In this document: positions 1 through 14,300 of the stretch, piece by piece
How positions within the stretch are numbered: position 1 is the stretch's first letter
How the letters are laid out: every line of letters starts with the position of its first letter
Assembly: GCA_905178155.1 (NCBI GenBank)
Contig: CAJINV010000002.1
Location: 3,238,515-3,302,514, forward strand
Length of the DNA stretch: 64,000 nt
From: Amoebophrya sp. A120
Taxonomy: Eukaryota > Protista > Dinoflagellata
Direction: 5' to 3'
The notes under the pieces: model-generated
Database searches by the model: none
Seen by the model: only the letters and a program-made list of their open reading frames with translations
What the model was told of the DNA's origin: nothing
Position numbers and translations under genes: made by a program

Positions 1-16
1 TACCAGCACAGGAGGC

Positions 17-3000
17 ATGGAAATAGCGAGTCCAAGAACAGACGACGATGAAGAAGGAGACCAACCAGAAGAGAAATACAGCAAGCAAAAACAATCTGAA
101 TACCCACTGACCCTCTTTCTCCCGGGCACGGGCAACATTAACTGGCAGGTCCCTGGCTGTCCCTGGTCCGGCGGGTTCGAGCTGTTGACGAATAAGAACA
201 AGCTCTTCAACAGCTTCTACATCATGCCCTTAATAGAGGACTACCGGTTGGAATCGGATATGGCGTTCTCAACTGTTACATCCTCAAGTGTTGCGATTGA
301 TTTGTGATGCAAGAGTGGAAAAAGTGAACGGGTTTACCTTGCGCGTCTTGCATGACAGATTTGGCACAGATTGTCAGCCTGCTTGGCGGCCCTCTGAGAA
401 TTTGCCATGCGAAGCAGCTTGCTGGTGTCGGTTCTGAACGTAATTTTGCATGACAAATCACGCAACAGGAACAGCTGAGAATGTAACATTTGAGAACGCC
501 ATATCGGATATGGTTTACATCGAGGACTCCTACGGACACTATCGGTACTATGAATTGCAACAGCAATATCGTACTAGTACTAGAACTTTGCAATCACGCA
601 TTACAAATCTTTTTCTCAAGGGAAATCAGCATTACAAATTTTATTTCTCATGCTGAGGAAATCGAAATTTGTAATGCATTTATACGAGTGCGATACTTTT
701 GCAATCCATAGGTACTGCGAGAAGACGATTGAACTGCTATTGAAACACGCTGTGCAGCATATCGAGGCGAATGCAGTATCCCGAGCAATAAAAGCATCGC
801 GATTGCACTCGTATAGAACAAGATCGCAGTCGTGCATGACGAATCTCCCTCCTTTAGGTGAATCAGCATGACAAATTCATCCACTTTCCGACTTGAAAAA
901 AATTGTAAATATATGCATTTTAGAGGTAGTCGTGCCATGCTTTAGCTTTTGCGATGCATCCGCCGCAATCAACTACAACTGTTACCTCGACTATGAGAAA
1001 TTCTACCTAACTGGCATCTCCATGGGCGGCACTGGGTGCTGGCAAATTCTGGCGCACTGCGGGAAATATTTCGCCGCTTGTGTTCCGATAGTTGGGAACC
1101 CGGATTGGGGCGTGACTGGGAAACGGATGGACTTGAACTTTGGGGTATACGGATTGACGGTAGGGTACAACGAGGAGGATTTTCTTGATCCGGCGGAAGT
1201 AGACACAGCGCGGACGGGAATAGCTGTTGCACCTACTTCGAGTGGTGTTGTTGATGGTGCTAATATTGCGACAGGTGGCGCAACAGGAGTCGAGCCTGCA
1301 ATTGTGCTGGCACAGCATCCCCATAATAAACCGGAGCCCGACCCCTTCGGATTCGATGCAGAATCCCTTCCAGACGACGACGCAGACCCAGAAGTTGCGA
1401 AAATCGTGGAGAAATTGCGGAGTAGAAGTTCCTCAAAGTGCACTAACATCTCCTGCGTCGACGAGCTTGAAACAGATTGTCATGCCGACACGCATGGTGC
1501 AGCTCCCTCCGATTGTCTTGACCACAACGCATCGGAACGGAACTGGTCCAATTTGGTCGGGAAATTGGTGGCGTCATTTTCCTCCAGTGCGACAGCATCT
1601 GAGGCAGCAGTTTCAGGGACAAGTTCTTCTTCAACTTCTACGAGAAGCAAGAACTTGTTCACGACGAGCAGCGGCAGCGTCACAACGACTTCCCTCAGCG
1701 GCCCGATCTCGATTTTCGAGCAAACTTTGGCGGCACTAGCGGAGATCTTCCTCAGTCGGCTGTTGCAAGGGACAGGACGAGGACGACGAGGACCGCGTTC
1801 ATCCGGGGACCAATCAGCATCTTCGGAGGACGATCATGTGGGCGGAGATTCTTCACGGCCGCAGTCTACAGATGCGCACGTCGCAACCTCCGTGGCAGTA
1901 GCTCCGGGCGAGAATCATGAAGAGAGCACGGGACGAGGACGACCTCCAAACGACCCGAACAACAAACACTCGAACAGCAATTCTGCGCTCCTCTCCTGCT
2001 TCGAGGCCGCCGCAGCAACTACGAAGCTTCCCATCAACACGCTCGTGCACCAGATTCAAGAAGACGGGGTCACAGTTTATAACCTGCTCAGGTGTTACAA
2101 TCTCAAACGTTACAATAGAATGTCGAAATCTGTGATGCAAGAGTGCGTGATCTAGCCAACGCTCATAGGATTGCGCATGACAAGTTCCGGAGCCCCAAAC
2201 CCCACTACAATCTGGCAAAATTTGTATTGCAAAACGTGGAACGCTGTGCGAGTCTGTCATGCTCATCATGCAACAATGCGGCATACACAATGCCATCCCC
2301 GCAGCAGCACAGTCTGTTTATGTCATGCTCATCATGCAACACAAATTCCAGATTCTATTGTAACGTTTGAGATTGTAACATCTGAGCGGGCCATACAGTT
2401 GTGATCCAGAAATCGGTCCGGGCTTTGCTCGCGAAGTTGCAAAAAGAAAACAGAAATAGAGCGAGGACCTCCAAGAGCGGTGTTGAAAAGGAGACGAATT
2501 TTGTGGAGCAGCAGCAATCTTACTACCAGAGAGCAGCACCCCTCATCCCCCCCCTTCCGCCGAAAAACTACTGGCCATATGAAGTAGATCTTCAAGAAGA
2601 TGATTCTACTTGTGCCGAAAAAGAAAACGTCAACACCAAACCTCTTTCCTTCGAAGAAAACTTCCAGTATTGCGGGATCTACCAAATTAACGTGAAAAAC
2701 GACATATGCCTTGCAAAAGTGTCGTGGTGCTTTACGTTGTTGCGTAAATCGCATGACAAATTTTTTCCCAAGAGAAAATGGAATTTGTAATGCTGATTTG
2801 GCAGCTAAGAGTAAGAAACAAGATTTGTCATGATGCGTGATTATTTCAGTAATTAGTACGAGTGCGATACTTTTGCAGAGCATACGACGTTCGGATTTGC
2901 CGCCCGCAGCGGCAGCACGTGGAACGGGACATGTGGTTTTTGGCGAACGCGCAACACAAGTTACCGGTACCTCCAGAGAAGGACCTTTACGAAGATTCCA

Positions 3001-4235
3001 CGGGAGAGCTACCCGGGATGCTGCCGGCGCCGGCCACTTCTTCTTCTTCTTCTTCTTTCGCAGGGGGTCGTGAAGATGGATCTTCTCCTACGCATGCTGA
3101 CCTTCTTGTTGGGGCGCCATCTTCTGTTCTCCCTGAAGGTCCTGAAGCTGCGAATGATGAAGCCTCCCGACGACCAGCTGGTCGCGATCATCGCATATGG
3201 AAGCGGCAGGTTTGAAATCGACAAAGTAGAAATGATTTGCCATGCATAAAATGCAAGGCATGCAGTGCCTGCCTTGCCGGGATGGCAAGTGAGGCCGATT
3301 GTGAGCCTGCTAAAGTAGCATGACAAAAGCAGTCTTCTGTGCCCAAACAGCATGGCAAAGTGGATTCCGGTGCTCGGTAAATTTGTCATGGGCCACTTGA
3401 TAGGTGGGCTTCCGACTGGTATCGGTTTTATGCATGACAAACTATTCCAACTTTGACGATTTCAATCCTGACACTCCCATATCGCAAGTCCCTGAAGTAC
3501 TGGAAACGATCCTTTCGGACACCAACAGAGGCAGAAAAACCGAACTGCCTCAAATATTCTGAGTAAAAACATCCCCACCCCAGAGTTGTCGTGCGAATCT
3601 GCATACCAAAAATGTTTCTCATGCGGAGCCCCATGCGAAGCATAATTTTTTCGACGTGTTTTAGTAGAATTTGTGATGCTCATCTTAGCATGATATGAGA
3701 GATGTGTGATGCTGCTGAACTAGCTAAGTAGGACTATACTACGAGGACAAAATTGTCATGCGAAAGAGCCAAAGGTGGTTGATTTGTCTAGCAGATTTTC
3801 CAACTTGACTATGGGGTGGGGACGTTTTTGCCCAGGATACCAAGTACACTTTCCTTGAAATCCAGGAGGATCCCATGGAAGACTGGCCGGACTGGCCAGA
3901 TCAGCACTGCGTCTGGTTCCGGGCGTATCAGTACGAGGAGTGGGAAGTTTACAAGTTCTTGGCGCAACATATCAAAAGTATACGTGTTATACGTATAACA
4001 GTTTTCACACATTGCAGTCATGCGTCACAAATGTAGCCCACTATGCATGCTATGCATGACAAATTTTGGCACGTTTAGTGATGCATTAGCATTGCTGCGT
4101 GACAAATTCCGTATAACGTTAATACAACTTTTTCCTGCGATACAACACAGATTACCGACGGAGAAGGCGGCGGGGAATAAGCAGGAACTTTTGCGGGACT
4201 CTATAGCGATGGGATGTGGGGTGGTGGTTGAATAG
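17..4235 (+). CDS. Alpha/beta-hydrolase (predicted peptidase/carboxylesterase-like), 9 exons, possibly 5'-truncated
   Basis: After removing 8 introners (1873 nt) the CDS is 782 codons. Motifs: YPLTLFLPGTG, nucleophile elbow FYLTGISMGGTGCW...FAACVPIVG, C-terminal KYTF...HCVWFRAY. The frame is open back to the window start. Confidence 0.75.
259..503. mobile_element. Introner, family A
   Basis: TIR TATGGCGTTCTC; DR TCGGA. Confidence 0.9.
549..710. mobile_element. Introner, family B
   Basis: TIR TATGAATTGCAA; DR GGTAC. Confidence 0.9.
777..960. mobile_element. Degenerate introner, family B
   Basis: Decayed TIR; DR TGCAG/CGCCG; ends uncertain. Confidence 0.6.
2078..2395. mobile_element. Introner, family D
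   Basis: TIR with GTTACAATCTCAAACGTTAC; DR CAGTT; internal duplication. Confidence 0.9.
2705..2884. mobile_element. Introner, family B
   Basis: DR CGACA/CGACG. Confidence 0.85.
3196..3481. mobile_element. Introner, family E
   Basis: TIR TATGGGAGTGTCAGG type; DR TCGCA. Confidence 0.9.
3555..3839. mobile_element. Introner, family F
   Basis: TIR TATYCTGAGTAAAAAC; DR TCAAA/CCAAG. Confidence 0.85.
3970..4142. mobile_element. Introner, family G
   Basis: TATC...GATA ends; DR CAACA. Confidence 0.85.
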
Positions 4236-5358
4236 CAGGACTACTCAGCGAATTTGTTATTCCTAAGAGTAGAAAACTACAACCTAGAGCATCCCGACTG
4301 CGACAGGTAGTTCCGATTTTTGCCGGCTGCACTAAGCATTTAGCATTATGCGCATGGTCCGCATGTAGCTGCCGCTTGATGTTTTTGAATAAAAAGCAAC
4401 TGAATTTGCTGTGATTGAAAGTTTCACTACAAATTTAAACGATATCCCCATAACATTTTTTTCGGAGAAGATGCAAAAAATCTACCTAGTCTTGTTTTTC
4501 AAGAGTTTAAAATTATCGTGGTAAAAACACACGAATTTCAATATTAATCAGAAATGTATGCAGAAGCTTTTCTCTGTGTTTTGTTCACCTGACATTTTCC
4601 TTCATTTGACCAAGAGAACAAGTCGCGCGCTTTTTTTGTCTTACAGAGTAGTAGCGGATATTGCTACAGCTGAAGAGGACAGTCCACCTTTACAGTATAA
4701 AAATGATGAGTACTTCTTGTGACAAAAGTATCAAAGAATGCTAGTACAACATGAATGGAGATGCTGCAGCTGCTGCATGCTGAAAATCTGCTTCTGCAAA
4801 AATGCAGTCGAAGAGCAGGGCTGCATGCATGCCTCCACGGCTGGTACAGCAAGATGTTTTTGATTGATGTTATAGCCCTTTGCTAGTTCGTGCTTCCTTA
4901 TCGACGCGTTTTGATGATAGTCGCTTCACCATCAAGGCTCCTGCTCGTGGTGCGCTCCAAATTTGATTTCGAATTCGATTCGACTTGAAGCTTCGACGCA
5001 TGATCTCGACGGTGTCGAAAGTTCGCGAAGATGTATCATCCCGAGCAGTAGGAGCGTTTTCTCGAGAGGGAAGTTGGGAGGGTATATAATAACTCAAATC
5101 ACAGTCCTCGGTCGTTCTTGTCTACGAGCGAACTCGAGAGGTCGTTCTGTTCTTTCGTGCTCGAAAGAGGTTTTGATTCAACATCGTCATGGTTCTTCTT
5201 GACATGGTCCTCACATAATTTGGTACTAGTTGTGCTATCACCACAGCTGCGGAACAGAACTACTAGAGCTGGTGGCGCTACTGATAGTACTTGAGCAGCA
5301 GCCTCCATGATTCTGTCCTGACCACGTTTTCAAAGAATAAACCACGGGAAGAAAAAAA

Positions 5359-8300
5359 ATGTTTCCTTCGACCAATGCTCCGAACCTGGCGGGAGGTTGT
5401 ACTACTTCCAGCTCGTCTTCTTTCTCCAACCTCCCCCATCAACCACCGATATTAAACACATCGCCCGACGACATTATCAGCAGTCATTTTGAAAAACAGA
5501 AGGAATATGATGAATCCCGGCGGGCAGTTGCTGGTCGACGACCTTCTGTAGGGCAAGAGGATGAAGCTCTTGGTGTCCAAGCAGAACTGGAAAAATCTTC
5601 AGGAGCGACGAGTAGAACTTCTTCTGGTCCGACCGGAGGGGGAGGTACTAGAACTAGCAACAGACATAAAACCAAGTCCGACACCACTCCCTACTACCAA
5701 GACCTTCTTCTCACTTTCGCCTTCTACAAGGCGTTCCAACCGGAGCACGCGTGGAAGGCGTTTTCGAGACAGTGTTCGAAGGTGGCCGCGACGGATATGG
5801 GATTCTCAAACGTTAAGTACACTCTTAACTGTTACATGGATTTGTCATGCAAAACTACCTTAAGCTGCCAGATGGTCAAGCGGCTACGCATGACAAATCT
5901 CCGAAGGGCTAAACAGGACGCAAATCTGTGCCAAATCTGTAATACGAAAGCAGCAAGCTTGTTTCTTCGGTTGTTGCTGTTCTTACATTACAAATTCATG
6001 TAACGGCTGAGAGCGACGTAACGTTTGAGAACGTCATAACGGACTTGGTCGATGTGCTTCGAAAGTACAAGAACAGCAACACAGAGGACTCCCCTTCTAC
6101 AACCACTACTACATTCACCTCCGAGGATTTCTTCGCCGATCTTTCTGATATCGTGGACAAGAACCAGATTCCGTTGTTCAACGAGGTCACCGTAAATAGC
6201 GAAGAGTTGATAACTGGGCTACATGAAGAATTCTACCACACTCAGGAAAGGGAAGATTTTTCGTTTTCCGAGGAAGAAAATGAAGATGACAAGAACATCC
6301 CGACCAAGGTAAAGAACGGCGCAGGTGGACGAGCAAATAGCAATATTACACGACCCACCAGTACAACTACTACAGTGAAGATCCCCTGGATTGAAGCCCT
6401 GTACGAGTCGGTCGAGAAGATCCAACTGCTTCGGACGCACCTGATTACCGTTGAGTCTGACACAAATTGGAATCTGGCAGTGGAGGAAGAAAATTTGAAA
6501 ATGTTCTACCAGATCGAATACCAACTGCAAATATTCCTGGATGTCTGGAAGGATGCAAACTTGTGATGCGCATTTCACATCGCAGGAAAACCTCTCATGC
6601 ATGGACAGCGATAAAGAATGCGCATGCCCATTTCTTGTGACCGAAAGCGAAACAGGTGATCTGTCATGCGGATTAGGCATTAGGAAGCCAAGCCTTCTCA
6701 ACAAGATTTGTGATGCTAGACCCGTACTCCATACCTTCTGGGGCATCCAAAACCTGCATGACAAAGCTGGCAATCTTCCAGACATCCAGGGATATTTATT
6801 GCAGTTGATATCGAAAAGTTAAAAGACGTGGACGAAAGCGACAAATCCCGGTCGACGACGTACGAAGCTCCGAGGTCCATCCTGCACACCGTCGCGGATA
6901 TTGTGCTTAAGGTGGACAAGAATTTAGAAGGTGTTGAGAAGGCGGACGAGAAAAATCACACGATTTTGGATTTCTACCACCTGGTGTCGCTCATGAAGGA
7001 AACGGATCTGCAGACCAACTGGCTCCCCATGGTGTTGGGGTACGGAACGGAATTATCGACGGCGGTGGAGAAGAAAGACCCGCGAATTTCACTCAACGGG
7101 TTTTGCAACAGTTTGGTCGGGTATTGGAGCTTGAACATGCCGTTCCTGACCAGAAGAGACCTCCTGGCGAAGATGGAGGTGTACCACAGTGAGCAAATGA
7201 ATAACTCTGGCGCACCTTGTAGTTCTCCTGGTGGTGCATCTGGTACTGGTAGTACAACGATCCCGGGGTCGACATTTCAGCAGATTGTGTTGGCGGAATC
7301 CGTGTCCGTGAACGATTTAGCGGATCCCATCGAAGCCGTGGCGAAATTTCCGAATTTGCTGTCCGAATTCAACAACGTGGTGCTGGATATCAAATGCAAA
7401 TATGTCTGGGTCTGGAAGAGTCCGAGTTTGTCATGCTAAATCTGATCGACACAAAAATCTGTATTTCGGGACCAGCAAAAGTCCTCACGTTTGGTTACCA
7501 GAAGGCGGCATTTCTCATGCGCATTCAGCATTGAAGGGCCTTCTCAAAACTTGTGATGCTAGTGCTCACATTCCAGACCTTCTGGCTCATGCGAAAGCTG
7601 CATGACAAAGCTTGCATCTTCCAGACCCAGACACTTTTGCACTTGATACTCGAAGAGGTAGAGCAGGAAGTAGCCGGGTTGAGTGTGACGGACGTGGAGA
7701 AGATGGAGAGGAAAAAAAAATCGAAATCTCCAAAAAACGGATCGAAGAACAGCGTGACTGGTGGGTCAACCACTTCGAGGAAAAGTTCACGGAGTTCCAC
7801 TAGCAGCGCGCCCGGGAAAGCGGTATTGAAGGTGCCGATCGGGAAATATTTGTTGCCGACAGCGAGAGCGTCGTCACCATCGTCACAGCAAAGACCGCCG
7901 TTGGGCGGGCAAGTAGAAGTACAGGCAGGACGAGCTATATCTTCCGGAACTGTAGCGGATTTTCCTGGTTCATCACCCAGTAGATCGCCGAACAATAAAC
8001 CGAAGCTGAAACCCTCTCCCACCTTCGTGGAAGACACGGGATTTCATTCCATGGTGCACACCGGCCACGCCAACATGGCAGCGTTGATGGTGTTCGAGAG
8101 GCTGCGGGCCAAGCAGACCGCCCGGTATAAAAGAGGAACAAGCGAAGAGCTGACGTTGTCCGGAGAAGCATCGGGTTTGAAATCTGTGAAAGAGAGGGCC
8201 ATATCCTGAGTAAAAACGTCCCCACCTCATAGTTGTCATGCAGATTTGCAGTCACAGGAAGATTTGTAATGTGCATCCCCATGAGAGGCATTGTAAAAAA

Positions 8301-11300
8301 AATCGTGTTTTGGACTTTGTGATGCCGTAAACAGGATGAGTAGATGGCTTTGTGATGCGGCTGCACTTGCTAAACTGCAGTACAATACAGAGAGGAACTT
8401 GTCATGCGTGACTCCCAAAACTTCTCGGCTTGTGTTGCGAGATTCCCGTCTTGACTCTGGTCCTCTGAGGCCGTTTTTACTCAGGATATGCCAGTGTAGA
8501 GAACTACGAGAATCTACCAGCATCGTCGGTGGAGGAGTTCATCGGGGAACAACAAGCGAGTACCGGCAGGGCGCGAAGTAAGCAACTTCTACCCGTTGAA
8601 CAAAATTACACGACTTCTGGCTGGGCGGGTGGAGTAGTAACTGCAGCAAATCCACCCTCACCGGTAATTTCTTCACCATCATCGAGCAACAGCGGTCGGA
8701 GGCGCGACCCGGAGCGATTCCAGGAGGGAAGACATCGTGGGGAATTAGCTAGTAAAACGTCTTCTGATCATGTAGAAGATGATGTCGATGAGAACAAACT
8801 CCTAGTAGAAGACCAAGACGTTGTATGAGAGTGCACAACTCACCCTCTCGCTCCCCCTCATTTGTATTCCATGAACCAACAGCAATAGAAACACCAGCAC
8901 ACGTGGAGCCTGTGCATGACAAACTCATGCGCCTAGTTTAGGACTGATTGGGCTTCCGGAATCTGTCATGCAAACGGTGCCACAGGGAAGCAGTTGGATT
9001 TGGGGTTTTGCATGACAAATGAGGGGAAGGGGGAGTTGTGCACTGTCATACGTTGAGGTGCTCGATGACGATGAAACCAGCTTTGCGGACTCCCGGTGCG
9101 GGTTCCCCCGATTGCGGATTGTGGGTGGGTATCCAGGAAAAAACACCCATCCTCCCCATCCATTTTTCGCACGACAAATAGTGGATTTTATGCATATTTT
9201 GCATGAGAAATTGGATGGGGATGGGTGTTTTTTCCTGGATAGTGGGCACGGATTCCAATCCTCTTGTGAAGGACTATCAAATGCAGAAATGTCTGGGTCT
9301 GGAAGAATGCAAGTTTGTCATGCTCGTCTGGCATCACTCGAGAATCTGTGTTGCATAGGGACAACAAAGCCCTCTTACCTTTCATGCAAAAACGCAGTTT
9401 GCCATGCGGAATACGTAAGACATGGCAGCCAAAAAATTTGTCATGCATAGCTGCGTATTGCAGTGCGTCTATCATTCACTTTTAGCATTACAAGTTTCCA
9501 GACACAGACATATTTGCAATCCATAAGGACCGAAGTTTGACGACCGCTCCTTGTACGAGCGGTGGCTATGACAGTGCACAACTCCCCCTCGTTCTCATTT
9601 CTCATGCAGAATACCGAATCCACGCCTTCCCCCCTGTCACTATCATGCATGACAAGTTCTGGTAGCCCAAATAGCACTATGCTCCACTGCAAATTTGCCA
9701 TGCAAAACCGGCATTCTTGCTGATGCTTGTATTGCCGTTCATGCTATACAAATGAGGGCGAGGGGGAGTTGTGCACTGTTATACTGGCTGCAGCAAGAGC
9801 AGAAGGAGGTCACCACAGATCCGATTGCAGGAGTAGAGATGGTGAACAATTTAGACGCGATCACAGGAGACGACCGCGACGGAGAAAGTGAAAGCGACAG
9901 CAACGAAGCTCCTCTTGAAGAAGACCCGGTCATTCATTTGGAGCACGGACTCGTGTTATCTGAGTCGGAACTTCTTCTATCGGATAATTTCGAACAACAG
10001 GAAAATTTTGAAGACCTGCAAGAATGGACGTCGTGGGCCTCTTTATCTGCACGACAGGACAAAAAATACGAAACCAAACCAGACGACGACATGTATTACG
10101 CGCACGAGAAAATAAACGATATTTTTGACGCACGCGATGCTGGTTTATTCATTCCAAACGAATCCCACGCTGAACCAGTACAGCATTATTTCAGCGAAGG
10201 CCACCATGGCGCCTCCCGGGACGCGAGCAGTAAGACCTCAAAAACCGGCTCCTCGCCGGACTCCGCACCCGGAGGGCAACAAAGAGCAAGGTCCCGCCCA
10301 CCCCTGGCCGGGCCGGAGGCGGCGCGACTGGACGCGTTTTTGAACGCCGATGAACAGGACCACATTTCGAATCTGTTGGAACAATATGCATTGCAAAAGT
10401 AAAAATATCGTATGAGTAGCTGTAGTAATCGCATCACAAAATCGCGTCGTGCGGTTGTTTTAGCATCACAAAATCGCGTCACAAATTTTTTCAGCATGTG
10501 GCAGACCGCATTTGCAATGCTGATTTGCCTCAGAAAAGAGAACTGTCATGCATGATTGCAATTACTACAACGAGTACTATGATAAAGTAATTTTGCAGGG
10601 GATAAACAAACGCGGCGGAGGTTGGTGCGGCCGGAAGGAGATGTTACGGCCAGTGATGTATCACGAGAAGAAAGTGTTACAGTTACACATTGTGTTGCAA
10701 GACCGGCAACACAGACAACCTTGCTCATGCAGGAAATGCTTGGGAGCCCCGTTTCCTTCCTGTTTTCCCTTATGATCTTTGCATTCCAAGTTCTCTTTCT
10801 CATGCGGAGAAAATTTGTGTTGCTAAAATGACAGCAAGTGTGCAACTGTAACACTTTTTTCTCGTGATATGATGCCGTCGGGAGTTATTTCTCCCCGACA
10901 AGTAGACGGAGCAACAGCAATGTACTAGATCGGAATAGTAGACGAATTACTCCCGGCGCCGCACAGCTCCAAGTACCGGAGGGCGAGCGAGGAGTCAGTC
11001 AGGTTCTTTCCTCGGGCCGCCTTGGCGGCTCGTCTTCAGAGAACGTCGTCGTGTCGCGAGATGAATCGTCGAGGAACGGTGAGAAGACTACTTCGGGGGA
11101 CAAATCCACAGGAAATTTTTATCACCAGTCGAAAATAAATCCGACGCCCCCACAGCAACACCTGGTGCTGAAATACGACGAAGAAGAATTCAACCACGTG
11201 AGGTGTGAAATCGTGAAACAACACAGCAAACCGACCGGGGCTTTGATTACCCCCAACTTCGATAACGACCCGAACCTTATCAAATGTAAAAATGTCTGGG

Positions 11301-14300
11301 TCTGGAAGGTTGGAACTTGTGATGCTAACTTTGGACTCTAAAAAAATGTGTATTGCATGACCAGCAATAGGAGCCCAGTTTGTGCTACGCGGGGACGGCA
11401 TTTGCCATGCGGGATAGGCATCAGGAGGGCCTCTAAAAATATGTGATGCCAGATCATGCATTACAGACATCCTGAGTCATGTAAAATATGCATGACAAAC
11501 CTCACCTGGCAACCTTCCAGACCCAGACACTTTTGCATTTGATAAACCTGATTCGACTGCAACTGTCTTTATCCATCGACCCGAAGCTGTATGACAGTGC
11601 ACAACTCCCCCTCATTCTCATTTCTCATGCGAAACCGCAAATCCATTTGCTGCCCTGTGGCACTGTTTGCATGACAAATTTCGGAAGGCCAAAGAACAGT
11701 ACTACTTTCGGCCGGTGAACTTATTATGCACAGGCCCCTGGACTGCTGGTGTTTCTATTGCAGTTCGTGCCATGCAAATGAGGGGGAGGGGGAGTTGTGC
11801 ACTCTCATAAGCTCTACACGATCCCGGATTTCCTGCTTGATTTCGGACTGATATGGGAGTGTCAGGATTGAAATCGTCAAAGTTGAAATAACTTGTAATG
11901 CACGAAAACGATACCAGTTGGAAGCCCAATTTTCAAGCGGTGCATGACAAATTTCGGCACAGTGTAAATCCAGTTTGTCATGCTGTTTAGGGACAGAAGG
12001 CGTCTTCTGCCATGCTACTTTAGCAGCTCTATTTCAAACCCCAAACAGGCTCACAATCGGCCTCGCTTGCCATCCCTGCAAGACAGGCACTTCATGCCTT
12101 ACATTCTATGCATGACAAATCATTTCAACTTTGTCGATTTCAACCCTGACACTCCCATAACTGAAGCAGGGCCCAACGGTGATGGTGGAGAAGTTGCTTT
12201 CCGAGCAGACGTATCAAGTGCAAATATGAGTCTGGAAGATTGCGAGATTTGTCATGCTAGTCTGGCATGACTCGGTACTCTGTATTGCGCGGCCACCAAG
12301 AGGTCGTCTTGCCTGTCATGCAAAAGCGCAGTTTCTCATGCGAAATACGCATCACAGAAGTACGAAAAAACTATGTCATGCTTGGCGGCGCATTAGAGAG
12401 CACTTATTGTTCACGGATTTGCATCACAAGTTTGTTTCCAGACACAGACATATTTGCAATGGATAAAACAGCAAACGAGTTGCTGCAATCGGTGACGTTT
12501 AAAGACCGGTATTTAGACGCCGATATCCCACAGAAAAAAGCAGGCAGGTCAGATTTGTAATGCAAAAATAAATACACAGGAAAATCTGTCATGGGCGAGG
12601 CCATAGCATGCTGTTTTGGGCATGCAATACAGATTTTTTTGTCTATTTATTTTTGCATTACAAATACAAATATGACCTGCCGGTCTTTTTCTGGGGGATA
12701 CCCGAAGATGCGTACTACGAGCGGTTACGGAAGGATTGTTTGAAATACAAGGGTATCCTGTGCAAAAGTATCGTATTCGTATTGCAATCATGCATTACAA
12801 ATCTTTTTGTTAAGTCCAATCCGCATTACAAATTTCATTTCTCATGCTGAGGAAATTTGTAATGCATTTATACGAGTGCGATACTTTTGCAGTGCATAAA
12901 GGGGATGCTGGGCGGGGTCGGGGAAATGAAAAATACAACATCGTCGAAAATGAAAACGAATGCTAGAGCGTTTAAAAAACTGAGTCTAACCCCGCACCAC
13001 CGGAAGGTGATTTGCGGCAAAACCGCGAAAATTGGGATGCGCGTCAGGAGGGGAGTGGATTGGTTCTGTGGCCGGAATGTAACCACGGTGCTTGGTAGTA
13101 TCAGTTCGGAACAATCGGGAGGACGAGAAGACCCGGTGGGAGCAGATGTAGGGCTGGCTGCAACCCCCGCTGGAGGAGCTACAACATCATCCAAACGGAA
13201 CAAGGCCTCGAGGAGCAGCGGCGCCATGGCGGCAAAAATAAACAGACCGCTTCTCCCGCCCTTCCACTTTGATCCCAGCCCGGCTTTCCCCTCCGCTGGT
13301 CCGTTCGCCGCTTTTGTGCACGAGTTTGAAACGAGTGATAGGAATCCGAACAAATCCTTTCCCGTGTATTCTTGCGGGAACCACTTAAAAAACCACTTCG
13401 ACCACACATTGCCGGAACAGAAAGACCAGTTATCCTGTGCAAAAGTATCGCGCTAGTATAAATCGCATGGCAATTGTTCTTCTCAGCATGCAAACGAAAT
13501 TTGTAATGCGGATCCACCTCCAGAAGGAGATTTGTATTGCGTCATTACCATTTCTACGAGCACGATACTTTGTTTGCAGGGGATAGCAGTACTTGTTCGA
13601 CGATACCAAAACGATCGGCGAGCAGTTTCCGAAAGTCGATGGCTCTGATCTTCCAGACGCGGTATCCAAAAAAATTGTGTGTATGTATGTCTGCAATGCA
13701 AAGCATGCAACACAGATACACCTGTCATGCTGGCCAGCCATGAAGTCCTGTTTTTATTATGTGATTTGCATTTGCAGTACTAGATGCGCATGAAAGGAGG
13801 TTTTCTCTGTCATGCAGAGCAAATTTGTCATGCTGTCACTCCAAGACACCTACACTTACACAGTTTTTTTCTTCCAGACGCGGCGTTCGGGGAGTACTAC
13901 ACCGGCGTCATTGTATGAGAATTCACAAGAACTCTAGTCCCTCCCCCTCGTTTGTAATGCAGAATACCAAGTCCACATCCTGCCTTCTAAGCACTGTCCG
14001 CATGACAAATTTTCGACCGACGCCTTAAACAATACGACGTACAATCTATCCTGTGTGCAGGAGCAGATTTGTGATGTGGGCACCACATTTGATCATGTGC
14101 AGCTCTCTGTGTTGCTGGCTGCTCATGTGATTCCGAGGAACAAGGGCGGGAGGGTGTGAAAGTAGTTGTTGTGCACTCCGATAGACTGTCGGCATTGACG
14201 AGAAGAATCTGACTTGTAGGGTGGAATACGGCTACGACGGGTTCTTCGGCGCGGTTTACGCGGAAGTGTTTGACGGCTACCGGATCGGGAAGGATGGGAA

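Noticed and set aside
8201-8210. ATATCCTG/GTATCCT starts resembling the U12 minor-intron donor
   Set aside because: The first base is the variable last base of the DR, only some families start TATCC, and no U12 branch/AC pattern was seen.
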